Source: Felis catus
Taxonomy: Eukaryota
NCBI RefSeq assembly: GCF_018350175.1
Contig: NC_058368.1
Span: 72,170,001-72,234,000, forward strand
Direction: 5' to 3'
DNA length: 64,000 bases
Shown piece by piece: positions 1 to 13,844 of the stretch. The stretch's first letter is position 1, and each line of letters begins with the position of its first letter. The notes beneath the pieces were generated by a model, which saw nothing but the letters and a program-made list of their open reading frames with translations, made no database searches and was not told the origin of the DNA. A program made the translations under genes and the position numbers.

Positions 1-1489
1 TTATTGCTGCCAGAGCCCGTCAGTCTCTGGTGTTCGCATCCTCAGATCATGGGCTCTTCCAGACCTCACTCTCCCAGCACTGGCTCCAGGGGAGGACAGA
101 CAGGCTGATTCTGCCATTTTGGGTTCTCTGTGAGGAGAAAGAATACAAGAGGGGCTCTTGCTCCCAGGGCCGCCTGTCCCCTTGTGGCTTCTGTTTTCTT
201 CTTTTCTCCTCATACTCTCACTATGCTAAATTTTTGTGTATCATGGGAGACAATTCGTTTCTGGAAATCATGATTATTTTGCTTTCACTCTCAAGCTTTC
301 TTTCTGTCTTGGAAAAATAAAATGGTGAGATCTAGCAGTTTCTTTTGACTCTCGTAAAAGGGATGGAACAAGTCACTTCTACACTGGGGGGTTTCTCGTC
401 TTTTTTCAGGCTTGTGCATGCTTCCCTGGTCAAGTCTCCTCAAACAGAAGGAGAGGAGGATGTGTTTTAAGATTTGCTTTTCCAATTTATTTTCTTCTCA
501 ATGTCTGGAAAACAGGCTTAAGGCATGAGCTTCAAGAGTGAATCCTCCCTCTTTGACTCTCTCTCTCTCTCTCTCCCAGCTTTCCTCCCTCCTTCTTAGT
601 AGCTGCTATTCAAAGATAATGGTATGAAACTGTGGCTTTGCCTTTGTGTGGTTGTTGCTGTATAATTTTTTCAGGCTGATAATTAACTGTTTCATTTGTT
701 TCCTTAGGTTTTAGGGACAGAGGGTCTGTGGTTTTGCGATTTTACTCCTCAAGTCCAAACCTACAGATGTAAATAGGGGTAAACAACTTTGTTTACAAGT
801 CCTCTTACTTTTTTTTTTTAAATGACACAATCACATGTTAAACACCACTATACAGGTCAGGCCCTGTTCACACTGAAGGTGCCTGGAGGTACTAACTGGA
901 TCAGGGGTGAGCAGGTAACTAAAGAATGGCCTTTGAGGTGATCAGGAACAAACAACTCTGCTCCATCAGGAAAGAACTAAACCAATCAAAAACACCTCTA
1001 ATGAACCTCTAGCGGAAGGTACAGAGAAAAATCACAATACTGGCAGTAGCATCTGGAGGTGAACAACTGAAGACAAGCTGTGCAGGTCAGTAGCAACAAG
1101 AGGGATCATTAAAAAGTCAGAGTTATGAGTATGTTGATAAAACAAGGAAGCAAATGTCTCCGAATGAACAGGAATTAAGAGGGAAAGAAAACACACTGAG
1201 TAGACATGGCAATGATATTCACCAAATGGAGAAGGAAGGTCTTGAAAATCACCAGCTCAGTGACCACCTTTTTCTAATTGGAGTGCATCACATCCCTCAG
1301 GTGTGTGGGAATAAAACAAAGGGTGGGACCAGAGCAGGGGGAGAAAGCCACAAGGCAGGATTGTGATGAGGAGAGCTGTTCCAGGGGTGATGCAGGAGAA
1401 ACACGTCTAAGCATAGAGAACAGGGTCCTGGAGTCACTGAATGTCCTGAGCACTGCAGGAGAGAGACACAAAGTTCACCACCAGCCCTT

Positions 1490-1870
1490 CTCAGTCTCCT
1501 TTGTTGGCATCTTCTCACGTAATCTCTAAATGCTGCAGAGCCTCAGGGCTCAGTCCTCAGATCTCTTTTGTGCCTCTCAACACTTACTAACTAGTTCAAC
1601 TCACTCATCCCAATGCTTTAAATACCATCTATATACTGATGGCTTCAGCCTCACATCCGGAATCGACTCTGCTTCTCCACTTGAATGTCTATCAGACAGG
1701 AATCTCAAGCATTAGATGTTTCACATCAAACCCTTCATGCTCTATTCCCCAAACCTGTTCCCTCTGTCTCCTTCCCATCTCAGGAAATATCAGCTCATTC
1801 TCCAAGTTACTCAGGCCAATGACCTCACAGACACTTTTGGTTTCTGCATCCAACCTGTGAGGAAATCCCG
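1490..1870 (+). mobile_element. Degraded L2 fragment
   Basis: L2-like strings (aaataccatctatatactgatg, ctccacttgaatgtct, cttcccatctcagg); assigned by eye. Confidence 0.6.
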
Positions 1871-2250
1871 CTAAATCTCACCGTGGTTCTTGGTCTCAGT
1901 TCCACATTTATTCTCAATATTCCCTGATATTACTACTAACACAGCTAATAGTTTCCCTGTAAGTAGCCCTACATTTTGGAGCTATACTTTCCTGTCATAA
2001 ACTGAGACTGGGGAACTTGAATAAAAATAAGACCAAAGAGGGAGGAATAAGAAAGCATTTTTATAACTTCTCTTTTGTTCCAACTAATGCCCTTGAATGT
2101 CAATCACAGATGGGGTGAACAATGTCTCCTAGACCAGCTGCCACCAGGGCCACCAAGGGCCCATGCCACACTGTTGGTGGCAGAGATAGGTTTATCAATG
2201 ACAAGACATCCTTTTCTCTCTCAAGGTCCCAGGGATCCCTTGATCTTTCT

Positions 2251-2481
2251 TTCTTTTTTTTTTTTTTAATTTTTTTTTAATGTTTATTTATTTTTGAGAC
2301 AGAGAGAGACAGAGCATGAATGGGGGAGGATCAGAGAGAGAGGGAGACACAGAATCCGAAGCAGGGTCCAGGCTCTGAGCTGTCAGCACAGAGCCCGACG
2401 CGGGGCTCGAACCCACGGAGTGCGAGATCATGACCTGAGCCGAAGTCGGACACTTAACCGACTGAGCCACCCAGGCGCCCC
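2251..2481 (-). mobile_element. CAN-SINE (SINEC_Fc-like)
   Basis: tRNA-derived head, (CT)n tract, A-tail; TSD tcccttgatctttct at 2236-2250 and 2482-2496. Confidence 0.95.
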
Positions 2482-2929
2482 TCCCTTGATCTTTCTGACA
2501 GACCTACCTAGACTTAGGTGAGACAGCAAAGCAAGGATCACCCTATGCTGAAATAAACAGGCTACAAGTCTTTGTCCGGGCCTTGCAAAGCAGTTCATAA
2601 CCCTTTCAAAAGCATATCGTGGATGCCCTTTGATAACTTGATGCCCAGTGCATGTTTTGGGTTTTGAGTAGGTGTGAATATAAATTTAGGTCAAACAATA
2701 TTTAAATATTTTTAAAAAGTAGGATGGGTAAATACCTCAGGTTTTAGTCAACATATATCGAGCAGAATATACAGTATGATCCCATTTGTAATATACAAAC
2801 TAGATGTGTTCTTGTGGGCCTCAAAATGCTTGAAAGCTTATAAAATAAACTTGGTACTCTGAGGACTGGAATGTAGAGGACAGAATGCGGAGGAAGGGGG
2901 GAGGGTAGATACTCAATTTGAACTTCTTA

Positions 2930-3390
2930 AAGTAATAGCTTTACTGAGATATATTATATTTTGTGTACCATAAAATTCATCTTTTAAAGTCTACAATTAA
3001 GTGTTTTTAGTTTATTCACAGAGTTGTATGACATTACCCCTAATTTAAGAACAGTTCATTACCTCCCCCTCCCCTCAAAAACTATGTGCCCATGAGCAAT
3101 CACTCCCCATTTCTCCCTCCTGCAGCCTTCAGAAACCACTATACTTTCTGTCTCTCTGGATTTGCCGGTTCTCAACATCTCCATCATACAATCCGTGGTC
3201 AGGGTTCATGCATGTTGTAGTATGCATCAGCACTGTATTCCCTTTATTGCCAATTGATATTTCATTATAAGGACATACCACATTTTATCTATTCATTAAT
3301 TGATGTATATTTGGGTTGTTTCCACCTTTTTGGCCATTATGAATAATGCTGCTGTGAACATCCTCATACAGGTTTTTGTGTGGACAGAAA
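2930..3390 (-). mobile_element. Ancient L1M (L1MB-like) 3' end fragment
   Basis: Strings agctttactgagatat and ttgggttgtttccac..tgaataatgctgctgtgaaca. Confidence 0.75.
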
Positions 3391-4998
3391 AATTGCTTTT
3401 CACTTAACATGCCTTTTATCTTTTGTATTCAAATACATGTAAAACAGATATTCATCTTATTTTAAAAAATAGACACTTTAAAAAATTTTAAATGTGGTGA
3501 AGAATACAACCCATATTGACATACAGCTTTCATTTTACAATATAATTTGCATCTACTTTCTCTAGCTCTAGCTGGTTTCGGGAACTCTTTCTCTACGATA
3601 GATGTGCTTTCAAAATGAAATCCTCTTGACAACTTATATAGTGGCTCAACCTTCTTATTGAGAGTGTCCCTGCTGTGTCTTACTACCAGTCAGCCCTAAA
3701 ATAGAAGACTTGGCTTGATGTATTCACTGAGTACAAAAGTGACACCTCCTTTGGTTTTAATTGCCTTAATTAGGCACCTACTCAATTTCCTTGTTTCTTT
3801 TTTCCCCACTCAAATAGCAGTAATAGGTAGAGGAGTTTTATCCTCTAAAAAATCTACTAGCATCATGATCCTTTAATATTTTGTGGTATAGTTCTTTTAT
3901 TTAAAACTTAACTATTCAAAACTTTAATATTTAAAATGACTTCAGTCAATAGCAAATGTTGGACTTATCTCATGTTGGCTGGCAAAATCATGACTGTCAA
4001 GATCGAGGTCTTATGGAGAGTTCGGTGGGGGGTGGAAAAAAACAATAAGATGACATTAAATGTACTTAAAAACCTAGAGTAAATTAAAGTTCTAAGAGCC
4101 ACCACTTACTGTGGCTATACTAAGCTGTCCATAACTCCAAACTCTGTGGGTTTGAAATCTGGAGTAAAAACATAGCGCTGTGACGTTAAAGCCACTGGTG
4201 GCAGCCATTTCTTTACTTCCAATTCCTCTTTAATGGTTTAGATGGAATTTGATGGTCCATCAATTCAGTTACACTTTTTCCAGGTCTCCAAACTCCGATT
4301 GTCTTTTTTGGCAAACTCTCAGGAAAAATGCCTACTCCTAGGTGAATCTGACCTTTCATGGCTGCGCTTACCCCTCCATGTGCTCTGAAGATGGGGCTTA
4401 TAGCAGAGGAAGACAGGCTCCCTTGTCCCAGGCCTCCAAAGGGGCTTCAACACTGTCTGGCAAGCCCCTTCCATGTTTTTGGTGAGTCCATTACCAGCCA
4501 CAAGCTTTCCCAAACTTTTTGTCATCTGTCACCTGACTAACGACATCCACTTCATCTCTGCCCTCACCCTCAAGAGATGACCTTCCTAGATGGGGGAGCT
4601 AAGAGTGCTTTTTAAATTGAAGTTGCATGAACTGAGTATAAAGACCTTGACCTTCTGTGAGTGGCAGAGCAGTGAGGCAAAGAACACCTAGCCGTCCTGA
4701 TACCCATCTTCCCCAAATGCATGATAGCAGCACTCTGAAGACTGTTTTGAGAATCAAACTAAATTAAGTATGTGTGAGTACTTTATAAACATGAAAGCAC
4801 CATACAAGAAATATTAATAAAAATGAAAAAATCTCTTTCAAGGAAAAACTTCAATTACCCTCATTTAAATTTCAGAGTTTCTATACAGTTTCTATGACTG
4901 AAAACTCTTTATGCCATACACAGTATGATTCCATTTTTATAAAGCTTAATATTATATTGGATAAGCTACTCATATTTTTTAGAAGATATTTCCATTTT

Positions 4999-5235
4999 GG
5001 GGTGCCTGGGTGACTCAATTGGTTAAGCGACTGACTTCAGCTCAGGTCATGATCTCACAGTTTGTGAGTTCGAGCCCCGCATCGGGCTCTGTGCTGACAG
5101 CTCAGAGCCTGGAGCCTACTTCAGATTCTGTGTCTCCCCCTCTCTCTACCCCTCCCCTGCTCATGCTCTGTGTCTCTCTGTCTCTCAATAATAAATAAAT
5201 GTGAAAGAAAAAAACAATTTTTTAAATTAAGAAAA
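4999..5235 (+). mobile_element. CAN-SINE
   Basis: Head ggggtgcctgggtgactcaattggttaag; TSD agaagatatttcc on both sides. Confidence 0.95.
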
Positions 5236-5922
5236 AGAAGATATTTCCTTTTAGATATATGATTTTGAAAGTGTGGTTATTTTTGATGGCATCATTTTGT
5301 TTCATCTTTGAACTAAATGATTCCCTAGAGAACCTCTATAGCTCTAAGTGTCTCTATTTTATGATCTATTAATTGGTACTAGCAGTCAATTGGAGAACTT
5401 TGTTTTCATACAGTAAATTTTCCAGCCCATTTTCTCAGACTATCTCTTACCTATAAATTACAGGAAAAGGCTGCAGTAAATGTTTTGTTCCTAATAGATC
5501 CGATAAATTACCTTCTGGTGCTGTCGATTCATCTGAGTATTTGTTGAATAAACAGTAAAAATCCTGGTGTTAGCAAACGGACTGATAATAGAGAGCTAAA
5601 TAAAATAGGTGCTGTGCTCGATGTTATCACATACACTGGGATCTGAAAACAAAATGGAACAGTGGCTGGATTTTGTTGTAGGGCCCTGGTCTGGAGAGTT
5701 TAGTCGCTAGCGACCTTTAAATGGTAAAGGTTTTGAAGGCATGTCTCTCTCTCAATATATGAACTTTTTGGAATTTGAGATCTGTTAAAATCAATTCCCT
5801 TTGTTGTTAATACGAAACGAAACATTTAAAACATTAATCTCTCTGTAAAATGATTATGCCTTATACCTTGTCATTTAGAAAGAAATAAAGTTGAAACCAG
5901 GGGTTTCAATTCTTTGACTGCC

Positions 5923-6147
5923 TTTTTTTTTTTTAATTTTTTTTTCAACATTTATTTATTTTTGGGACAGAGAGAGATAGAGCATGAACGGGGGAGGGGC
6001 AGAGAGAGAGGGAGACACAGAATCGGAAACAGGCTCCAGGCTCTGAGCCATCAGCCCAGAGCCCGACGCGGGGCTCGAACTCATGGACCATGAGATCGTG
6101 ACCTGTCTGAAGTCGGACGCTTAACCGACTGCGCCACCAGGCGCCCC
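5923..6147 (-). mobile_element. CAN-SINE (young, CpG-rich subfamily)
   Basis: Typical body; TSD tttgactgcctttt. Confidence 0.95.
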
Positions 6148-7902
6148 TTTGACTGCCTTTTATACTGTCCCAAAAGACCAAGCAGTTCTTTGGTTTTTTT
6201 TTTCCAAAACGAACCCACATTATTTATTTCATTTCTATAATTCCTAAAATGTGCTTGTTGCCAAGCATTCCATTTAAATGAATAAAAAGAGAGAGAGGGA
6301 AAAGCCTGTTTACTGGTCAAATTTTAGACCACTATGGAAGAGCCTTACTGAATCGAGACTAAAGTAATTGGCCTTAAATGTCAAAATGAGCTTGAATGTA
6401 ATTAGAAGCAGAGCAGACATCAGAACCTGATGCCTACGCCAGCAGCAAATTACTTTCGGTAGAGCCTACACTTAAATATAATTTCAGGAGTAAAAGGAAA
6501 GATGGCAGAAACTCATTTGCAAAAGCCAGTGAATCCTCTTCTAGTCCTGAAAGTGTCTGGAGGTGTATCCAAACATCTCTTTTCTTTCAAATGGCCATGC
6601 TTGGGTTCACTTTTACATATAACACCGTAAGTGACAATACAGACAAAAATCATGGATTTGTACAGTCTCCTAGGATTTCTTTCAGGGTAATTGTCCTTAA
6701 AATGACATAAGGAGAGATACTGAGTCATGACTAGCATTTTACATGGTGCTTTACAACCCCTGAAGCATTTAATTGTCCATTATGCAGAGGAACTTGAGCA
6801 ATAACCCCGCGAATTACCACTGTACATATTATACCCCGTACGGAAGTGCAGGGGCCTTACATGATTAATCAAGGCCTGCAGGAAAGCAAATGGTGGGGCC
6901 AGGTATCTAGGATTGTCTTAAAATTCCTGCTGTCCTTTTGAATATTGCAGGTAGTATAAATCTGAAGAACTAGTAATTGCTGACTTCTTTTCACAATTTA
7001 AATTACTAAAACAAACAGTATAATATTCAACTTTTATAAATTTTGAAAATTTTGTGGTATTTAAAATTTTTACCTTCTTTGTCTTACATAGTATCAGGTA
7101 CGTATCTAGAACCGCAAGTTAAGCTCAACTGATTAATGGAAAATAGGTATCTGTAGTATTTTCTCCTCTTTGCTAAAATAAACTCCACTTATTAACATTT
7201 TTCCACATGGAAAGGACATAATGTTTTCATTTTCATGAGAATCTAAAATTACAGAATTTTAATTTGTTTTAATAATAAAAATATGTTAATCATTTATGAC
7301 TTAAATGTTAAAGTGCCCATGTTGGAAACATTTATCTTAAGGGAAAAAAAAATCAACATGAACTGACTGAACTTAAATTTTTCCCCTAACAGTCTTTCTT
7401 GAGGAGCATGATATTTTTAGTTGAAAGGTATACTTCCCACCGATTATGTTAAAATAATTTTGAAATGCAGCCATCTCGCTGACAGAACAAACAGCTGTGA
7501 AAATGAGACCTGGAGGTTTATGCAAATAGGAAACTTCTGAATTAATTTTCTTCATAGAACAGACTGTCAAGTTTCTGGGAGTATTTATGCCCTATTTCTT
7601 AATTAGTGATTTTGCTAATGTCAGTCATATTAAATTTTCATGATGTAAATGATGCATTTCATTGGCAAATATGCGCTATAAAATTGCAGATGAAAGTTGA
7701 CGTTCTACTTTTGGTGCAATAAAGATCTTGTAACATATACAGAAGAAACAGTGCTCCTGAAAACACAGCTGTGTGTCCTGTTGTTAAACAAGCAGAGGAT
7801 TTATTAAGAAAACTTCTGTAACTAAAGTACCATGGAGTCTACCTAGGAAATTTCAGTGTTTCCTATCGGTTTGTAAAACAATGCTTAAGAACGAGGTTTT
7901 TC

Positions 7903-8076
7903 AGGGCACCTAGGTGGCTCAGTTGGTTAAGCATCTGATGTCAGCTCAGGTCATGATCTCGTAGTTCATGAGTTCTAGCCCCATGTGAGCTTTGTGCTGA
8001 CAGCTCAGTCTGGAGTCTGCTTTAGATTCTGTCTCTGTCTCTCTCTCTCTCTCTTTCTGCCCCTCCCCTCTCACAC

Positions 8077-8108
<32 letters not shown>

Positions 8109-8150
8109 AAGAATAAACAAACATTAACAAAAATTTATATATATAAAAGA
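7903..8150 (+). mobile_element. CAN-SINE
   Basis: Head gggcacctaggtggctcagttggttaag, CT tracts, A-rich tail. Confidence 0.92.
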
Positions 8151-8589
8151 ACCAGATTTTTCTATTTGGCTTCAAACAGAAAGCAACTCTGGTCAGAAAA
8201 AGCTTAGAGGTTTGCATTAAAAAACCAACCAAACAAACAATAACCCTACATGTTAGAAATGGAGTGTGCCACTGTTTGCTCTCTTTGAATGGGATTTGAT
8301 GCTCATCTTTCTTCACTAAGTCCACAAAAAATGAGCTAGCTTTACCGCAAATTATATTGTCTACTCTTCTATCAAACACATAAATTTCCAAGTTTTGCTT
8401 CTAATCTGATAGTGCTTATTTAGTTCTCTAATACCTTGAAAATAGATTTGATAGTTGTTTACAAATAAATATTTAATTGAAATGATTTGACGTTAATAAA
8501 ACTGATTTTACAAGTCATGAATTAAAATTAGTCTTATTATATGACTAAAATTAGTCTTGTAGAATTTTTTTATTTCTCAGGTAAGAGTA

Positions 8590-9100
8590 GATATATAAAG
8601 GGAAGCATTATATTCTACCATTCTTTTCTGGGTGTATATATGTATTTGAAATAAAACTGAACTCAGTTACAAATATAGTTTCTATTATGCTTTTTTAATA
8701 TGTTATCATCACAATTAGTGTCGCCCATGGCTTACCTCATAAGTTAGGCTGTAAAAATACAGTTTTGATAACTGTATGATATGCCACCACATTTAAAATT
8801 TATTTAGACTTTCCAGATGGTTGGACATTAAAGATGTCTCAAAATTTTCACATTAAATAATGCCACAAAGAGCATTTTTTGAAGATCAGTCTTTGTATGC
8901 ATCTCTGGTTATTTTCTTGGAGTAGATTTCTAGAAATGCAACCATTAGATCAAAGTAAAAATGCTTTTTAGTGTCTTCATATATAATGAAAAACGGATTT
9001 CCAGAAAAGTTACACAAATGTTCACTGCCACACGCAATGTGTGAGAGGGCTTTCTGCCAGCAGTGCACATGACCATTAGCCAAAAAATAAAAATAACAAA
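8590..9100 (-). mobile_element. Ancient L1M fragment
   Basis: Strings gatggttggacatt and gtagatttctagaaatg..tagatcaaag resemble reversed L1M 3' sequence. Confidence 0.55.
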
Positions 9101-9444
9101 TAAATCTTGTCCATTCAACACTTTCTTCCTGACATGCATTATAAATTAAGGTTGTATCTTCATGTTTTCCTTTGATCTGAAAAATTATTTATAGTGGTTA
9201 TTTTTGACTTGTTTGAAAAGTCAAGTGTGTTCTGCTTTTAGGCCCAGAAATTTCTTGATCATCAAGAAAGATGAAAGACGATATTTTCTTTTTGTTTTCT
9301 ACATTTTCACACTTCACATTTCCTTGCTCTAACTCATCAGGAAGATATTTCGATACATAGTATGAGGAGACTCTGGTATCGCCTATATTGCTTGTTTGAG
9401 AACAATTTGTCTTGTAATTGTGATGCTTTCTTTGCCAAATGTTT

Positions 9445-9499
9445 TTTAATGCATGCATTAAATGCATTTAATGCATGCATTAAATGCATTTAATGCATG
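9445..9499. repeat. 2.5 copies of the 22-bp unit tttaatgcatgcattaaatgca, containing a 48-bp perfect palindrome (9452-9499)
   Basis: Read directly. Confidence 0.95.
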
Positions 9500-12059
9500 T
9501 TTGTCCGTTCATCTATACGTTAACCCTAAATCACATTCTATTATTGTCGCCTTGTACATTTTCTTGTTAGTTCTTATCAATTTTTGATGATGTTCCTTAC
9601 TGCTTTTTTTAAAACAACATCTATAATGTGGGGGAAATACTTCCTCAATAGGTTGTTTTGGGGATCACATTAGATATATATGGATATCTATGTGTGTATG
9701 TATGTATCTCTATTTTTACCTATGAAAAGTTCTTGTTCTGAGGGCCTCACATGTAAAAAGTCTCATATATAGTAATTATTATTATTGATAATAATGATCC
9801 CTGGGGGAACGTCTTTCTTGACTTAGTTAGAAATAATTATGCTTCTCTAGGAAAATAGTTCATTTTCATCTCATAATCATCTTTCATCTATCTAAGTCTA
9901 CTTTTGCTAGAAAAACTGGAGTCACACTTGTGCCTGAACTCCAGCAGATATGGATGTCCTCATGGTTCACTTTTGTGATTTGAATTTTGTTTTTGCATTC
10001 ATTGTAATTTCAATTTTGCTTTCCCTTTAGATTAAATCTCTTAAATTTTGATTAAATTGGTAAGGATTATAGCCAGGTCAAATAAAAAGGTCTTCCTCAA
10101 AAGAGTGCCCATCTGGGACTCAGGCTTGGACTCTAAGGATGTTTTACTCAAGGAATAGTTCTGGTAACTGCAGTTCAGTGGACCAGTGATGGTAATACAC
10201 AACAGGAAAAGACAGCTGTCTGTGCGTGATTCATACTGCATTAAAACTGCCCTTTAAAAAGAAGCGCACCAGATATAATTTTATCATTACGCCAATGATG
10301 AATCGCCACACAAAGAAATTCAGCTAGAAGCAAAAACAAACAAACAAAAAAATCCCAACAACAACAACAAAAACAAAGAAACTCAAAAACCAAAAAACAA
10401 GCCCTCTGATTTTATAGCAGGAAGAAAATAAAATTATTTTTAAAACTTTTTTGGGGGGGAGATGGTGACATTAAGCTATATCACTAAATTACTTTGGATT
10501 TTAAAACAAGGTGCTAGTTTCTATCACAGTGCCAGGTCCAGACATGGATGAAGGCCTTGGATGGCCTAAAGCCTTTGATGGGACCAACTTTAAGAGACTG
10601 TAGAAGATATGACACAGTAATGGCCACACAGAAAAAATGAAACTTACCTCCCTTCCTGCCCTGATGCTGCTGCAATTCCTCAATCATAAATTTTTGTCTT
10701 TGGTCAATAAAAACGAAATTTTGTTCAGTGAAAATATCTCCTCAGAGAAATAACATTTCTTCCAGTGTAACTAACCTTCCTTAAAATAGCTCATCTGCTC
10801 TTCTCCAGGAAGAAAATAAGAAAGAGTGAAATCTTCAACAGCTTCCCTCTGTCACGATCCCAACCTCTGAAAACACCCTGTTGTCTGGCTCCAGACCAAC
10901 ACTGCAGTTCCTTTTTCATCCATCCCTCCATGCCAGTGATTCTCCATGTCTCTGATTTACTCATTCTGTCTTCCTGAAATGGGATATTCTCATCTAATGC
11001 CATCACCCAAATTCTGATCTGTGGAAACCACATGCACCCCTGAAGACCACTCTTCAGAAAGCTTTGGAAGCAGACCCTTCCTCTTATTAAAACAAGTGAT
11101 TTTTGGAAGCTCTGTGCTTAGCACATAGTAGGCTCCCAGAATTTTAAAATATTCTCCAGATAATCTGTGATGTCATATTTCACCTTTTGGCTTATTTGAG
11201 TTCTTTCTTATGTGTCTACTATGGGAAAAGTTGACTTCTTCCTTACGCTCTTGACTATGTTACAAGTTAAAGACGGCAGTTGATATGTTTGTTCATGTGT
11301 GTATGCCTCATGGTTCCATCATATAGAGAATGTGGGCTAAATTACCAACAGCAACAAAACACATACACAATTTAGTTAGTCTTCATTGTGAATGGATGTA
11401 TCTGGTATTTTGTGGAAAATGGATTTTAATGGTGTAGCAGATTAGGGGGGCACAAAATGAGATTGTGAGAATCAATAACTAAATTGCAACTGAATGCAAA
11501 CAAATATGAGGCTTCAGATGGTGGCCTAGCCTCAGGGTGTATCTGTAGGAAAAAAAAAAGAAACCTATCCATCTGAAAGATAGTCACTGGAGTGGGTTTT
11601 TTTAATTCTCAAAAATATATTAGTGAGCCTTAGTATCTGATCATATATGGAAAAAAAAAACTGATTAGCCCTCCCTCCCCAAATTCTGTATAAAATGCAA
11701 CAAGCATCCTTTTAAAGGCCTACTTAAGATCCCAAGACAATAATTGAAACCCTAGGACCAAAAACTAATATGCAGCTTGGGTCAAAAAAAGACAATCTTA
11801 GGGGATTTACAGTCTGTGGCAGACTTAGGTTTTTCATGCACTGTCAGGCATAAGGGGCAAAGTCACAGGCCCTGGAAAGATGGAGGTTGCTAACTGATCC
11901 TTGAGTAAGGATGGATATTCACTGGACTTCACCAGAGATTGACAAAAAAAAAAAAAAAAATTCCATCACAAAAGGAGATGATGGAAAGGAGCTTGTGTGT
12001 CTTGACCAGGGTACACACATGTGGAATCCTATTATGACACAGCCAGCACAGCAGAACCA

Positions 12060-13430
12060 TGGGGAATGGATAGACTAGTCAATAAATGGTACTGTGACAA
12101 TGGGTTATCCAATGGAAATAAAATAAGATTGCTCCCTATCTCACAGCAACCACAAAAATCAATTCAGGTTAAATGAAGAGCTAAATGTTGAAAGTAACAC
12201 ACAGCCTGACAAGACCAAGTATGGCTGAGTTGTGAAGCAGAGAACATTCCTATGTCCTGCTGATAGCATATACACTGGGGAAATTGCGTTGGAATGCAAT
12301 GCAAGTTTATCAATACCTGCTGAAGTTGGAGGTATCTTTATTCTAAGACTCAGGATTTCTATTCCTAGCTACATACCCCCCCCAAAATGTTCACATGTGC
12401 ACAAGCTAATTTGCAATGTTCAGATTAGCATTATTTGGAATTATAAAATATTAGAAACAAACATCCAAAACCTGCATGCATTCATTTTCTATTTCTGTGT
12501 TACAAATCATTACAAACTTAGCACCTTAAAACAATACTTATTTCTTATTTGTAGTTTCTGTAGGTTAGAGATGTGGGCACAGTATAACTGGTTTCTCTGG
12601 TCAGGATCTCAGAGGCTGAAATAAAAGTGTGGGCTGGGCCGTGGTCTCATTTGGAGCCTCATTCAGATTGTTACCAGAATTCAGTTCCTATGGCTGTAGG
12701 ACTGAGGATCCTGTCTTCTTGAAGCACACAGCCCCTAAAGGCCACCCACAGGTCCTAACCACATGGCCCTTTAACATGACAACTTATTTCTTCAAAGCCA
12801 ACAAGAGACTCTTGCTTCAAATGCCTCTTCAGAAGAGCCCAGTCCCTCCGAATAGGTCAGGCACACCCAAGATAATCTCCTTTTTGATGGATTCCAAATT
12901 AACTGATTAGTACCCTATTCACAGATGTGAAATTCCATCCTATTTGTGAGTCCTGCCCAAACCCATGAGGAATTCACTTACCATGCAGGAGAATGGGAAA
13001 ACAAATTGTCAAGTGTTTATATAAATAGTGCATTATAAATATAATGCAATATATAGTTGCATATTATACTGCAAGGAAAATAAATTTTAAAAAATTACAT
13101 GTACTCATCGATAAATCTCACAAACATAGCAAAAAAAGCAATTAGCAGAAGAAACAGTATAATATGAGACCATATAAGGCAGGTTTAAATTATGCAAAAA
13201 GATATGTGATTTTCAGTTGATGCTTCTTTATGCATTAAAGCATAAAGGAATGCACTAAAAGCCTAAACACAAAATTCAGAAAAGTGTTTCTCTATGAGCA
13301 AGAAGGGAGTGATGAAGAAGAGGCATTCAAGGCCTTCAGATGGGCTCTAATGTGCTTGTCAAGCTGTGTATGGCTACAGAAGAATACATTTTATTATTCT
13401 TTGCATGTCTGAAACATTTCATGAGAAAAT
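12060..13430 (+). mobile_element. Ancient L1M 3' fragment interrupted by an LTR
   Basis: Strings aataaatggtactgtgacaatggg and ccctatctcaca..cacaaaaatcaattcagg. Confidence 0.55.
12480..12970. mobile_element. MaLR solo LTR (MLT1-like)
   Basis: Terminus tgttacaaatcattacaaacttagcaccttaaaacaa and ggctgtaggactgagg. Confidence 0.7.
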
Positions 13431-13480
13431 AAAGTCTGAACTAATAATTCTACTTTTGAAGATAAAATGTACCTTGACTT

Positions 13481-13682
13481 GAGGCACCTGGGTGGTTCAG
13501 TCAGTTAAGTCCAACTCTTGGTTGCAGCTCAGGTCATGATTTCATGCTTGGTGAGATCAAACCCCATGTCAGACTCCACGCTGTCAATATGGAGCCTGCT
13601 TCAGATTCTCTCTCTCCCTGTCTCTCTTTGCCCCTCCTCTGCACACTTGTGCTCTCTCTCTCTTTCTCTCAGATAAATAAAC
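13481..13682 (+). mobile_element. CAN-SINE (older) whose tail runs into a compound microsatellite
   Basis: SINE head and body; TSD taccttgactt at 13470-13480 and 13843-13853. Confidence 0.9.
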
Positions 13683-13683
13683 T

Positions 13684-13685
13684 GT

Positions 13686-13732
<47 letters not shown>

Positions 13733-13788
13733 TACACATATATACGTATATGTAGATACATATACGTATATATGTGTATGTGTGTGTG

Positions 13789-13842
<54 letters not shown>

Positions 13843-13844
13843 TA
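13684..13844. repeat. Compound (TA)/(CA)/(TG) microsatellite forming a long palindrome
   Basis: Read directly; perfect arms 13707-13754 and 13757-13804. Confidence 0.95.

Noticed and set aside
2288..2521. Recurrent short ORFs such as MAQSVKCPTSAQVMIS and QRETEHERGRGRERG found throughout the window
   Set aside because: They are translations of CAN-SINE consensus, not a gene family. The SINE heads are tRNA-derived but are not tRNA genes.
8523..8558. 13-bp direct repeat taaaattagtctt with a 10-bp spacer
   Set aside because: Small local duplication in AT-rich DNA with no further structure.
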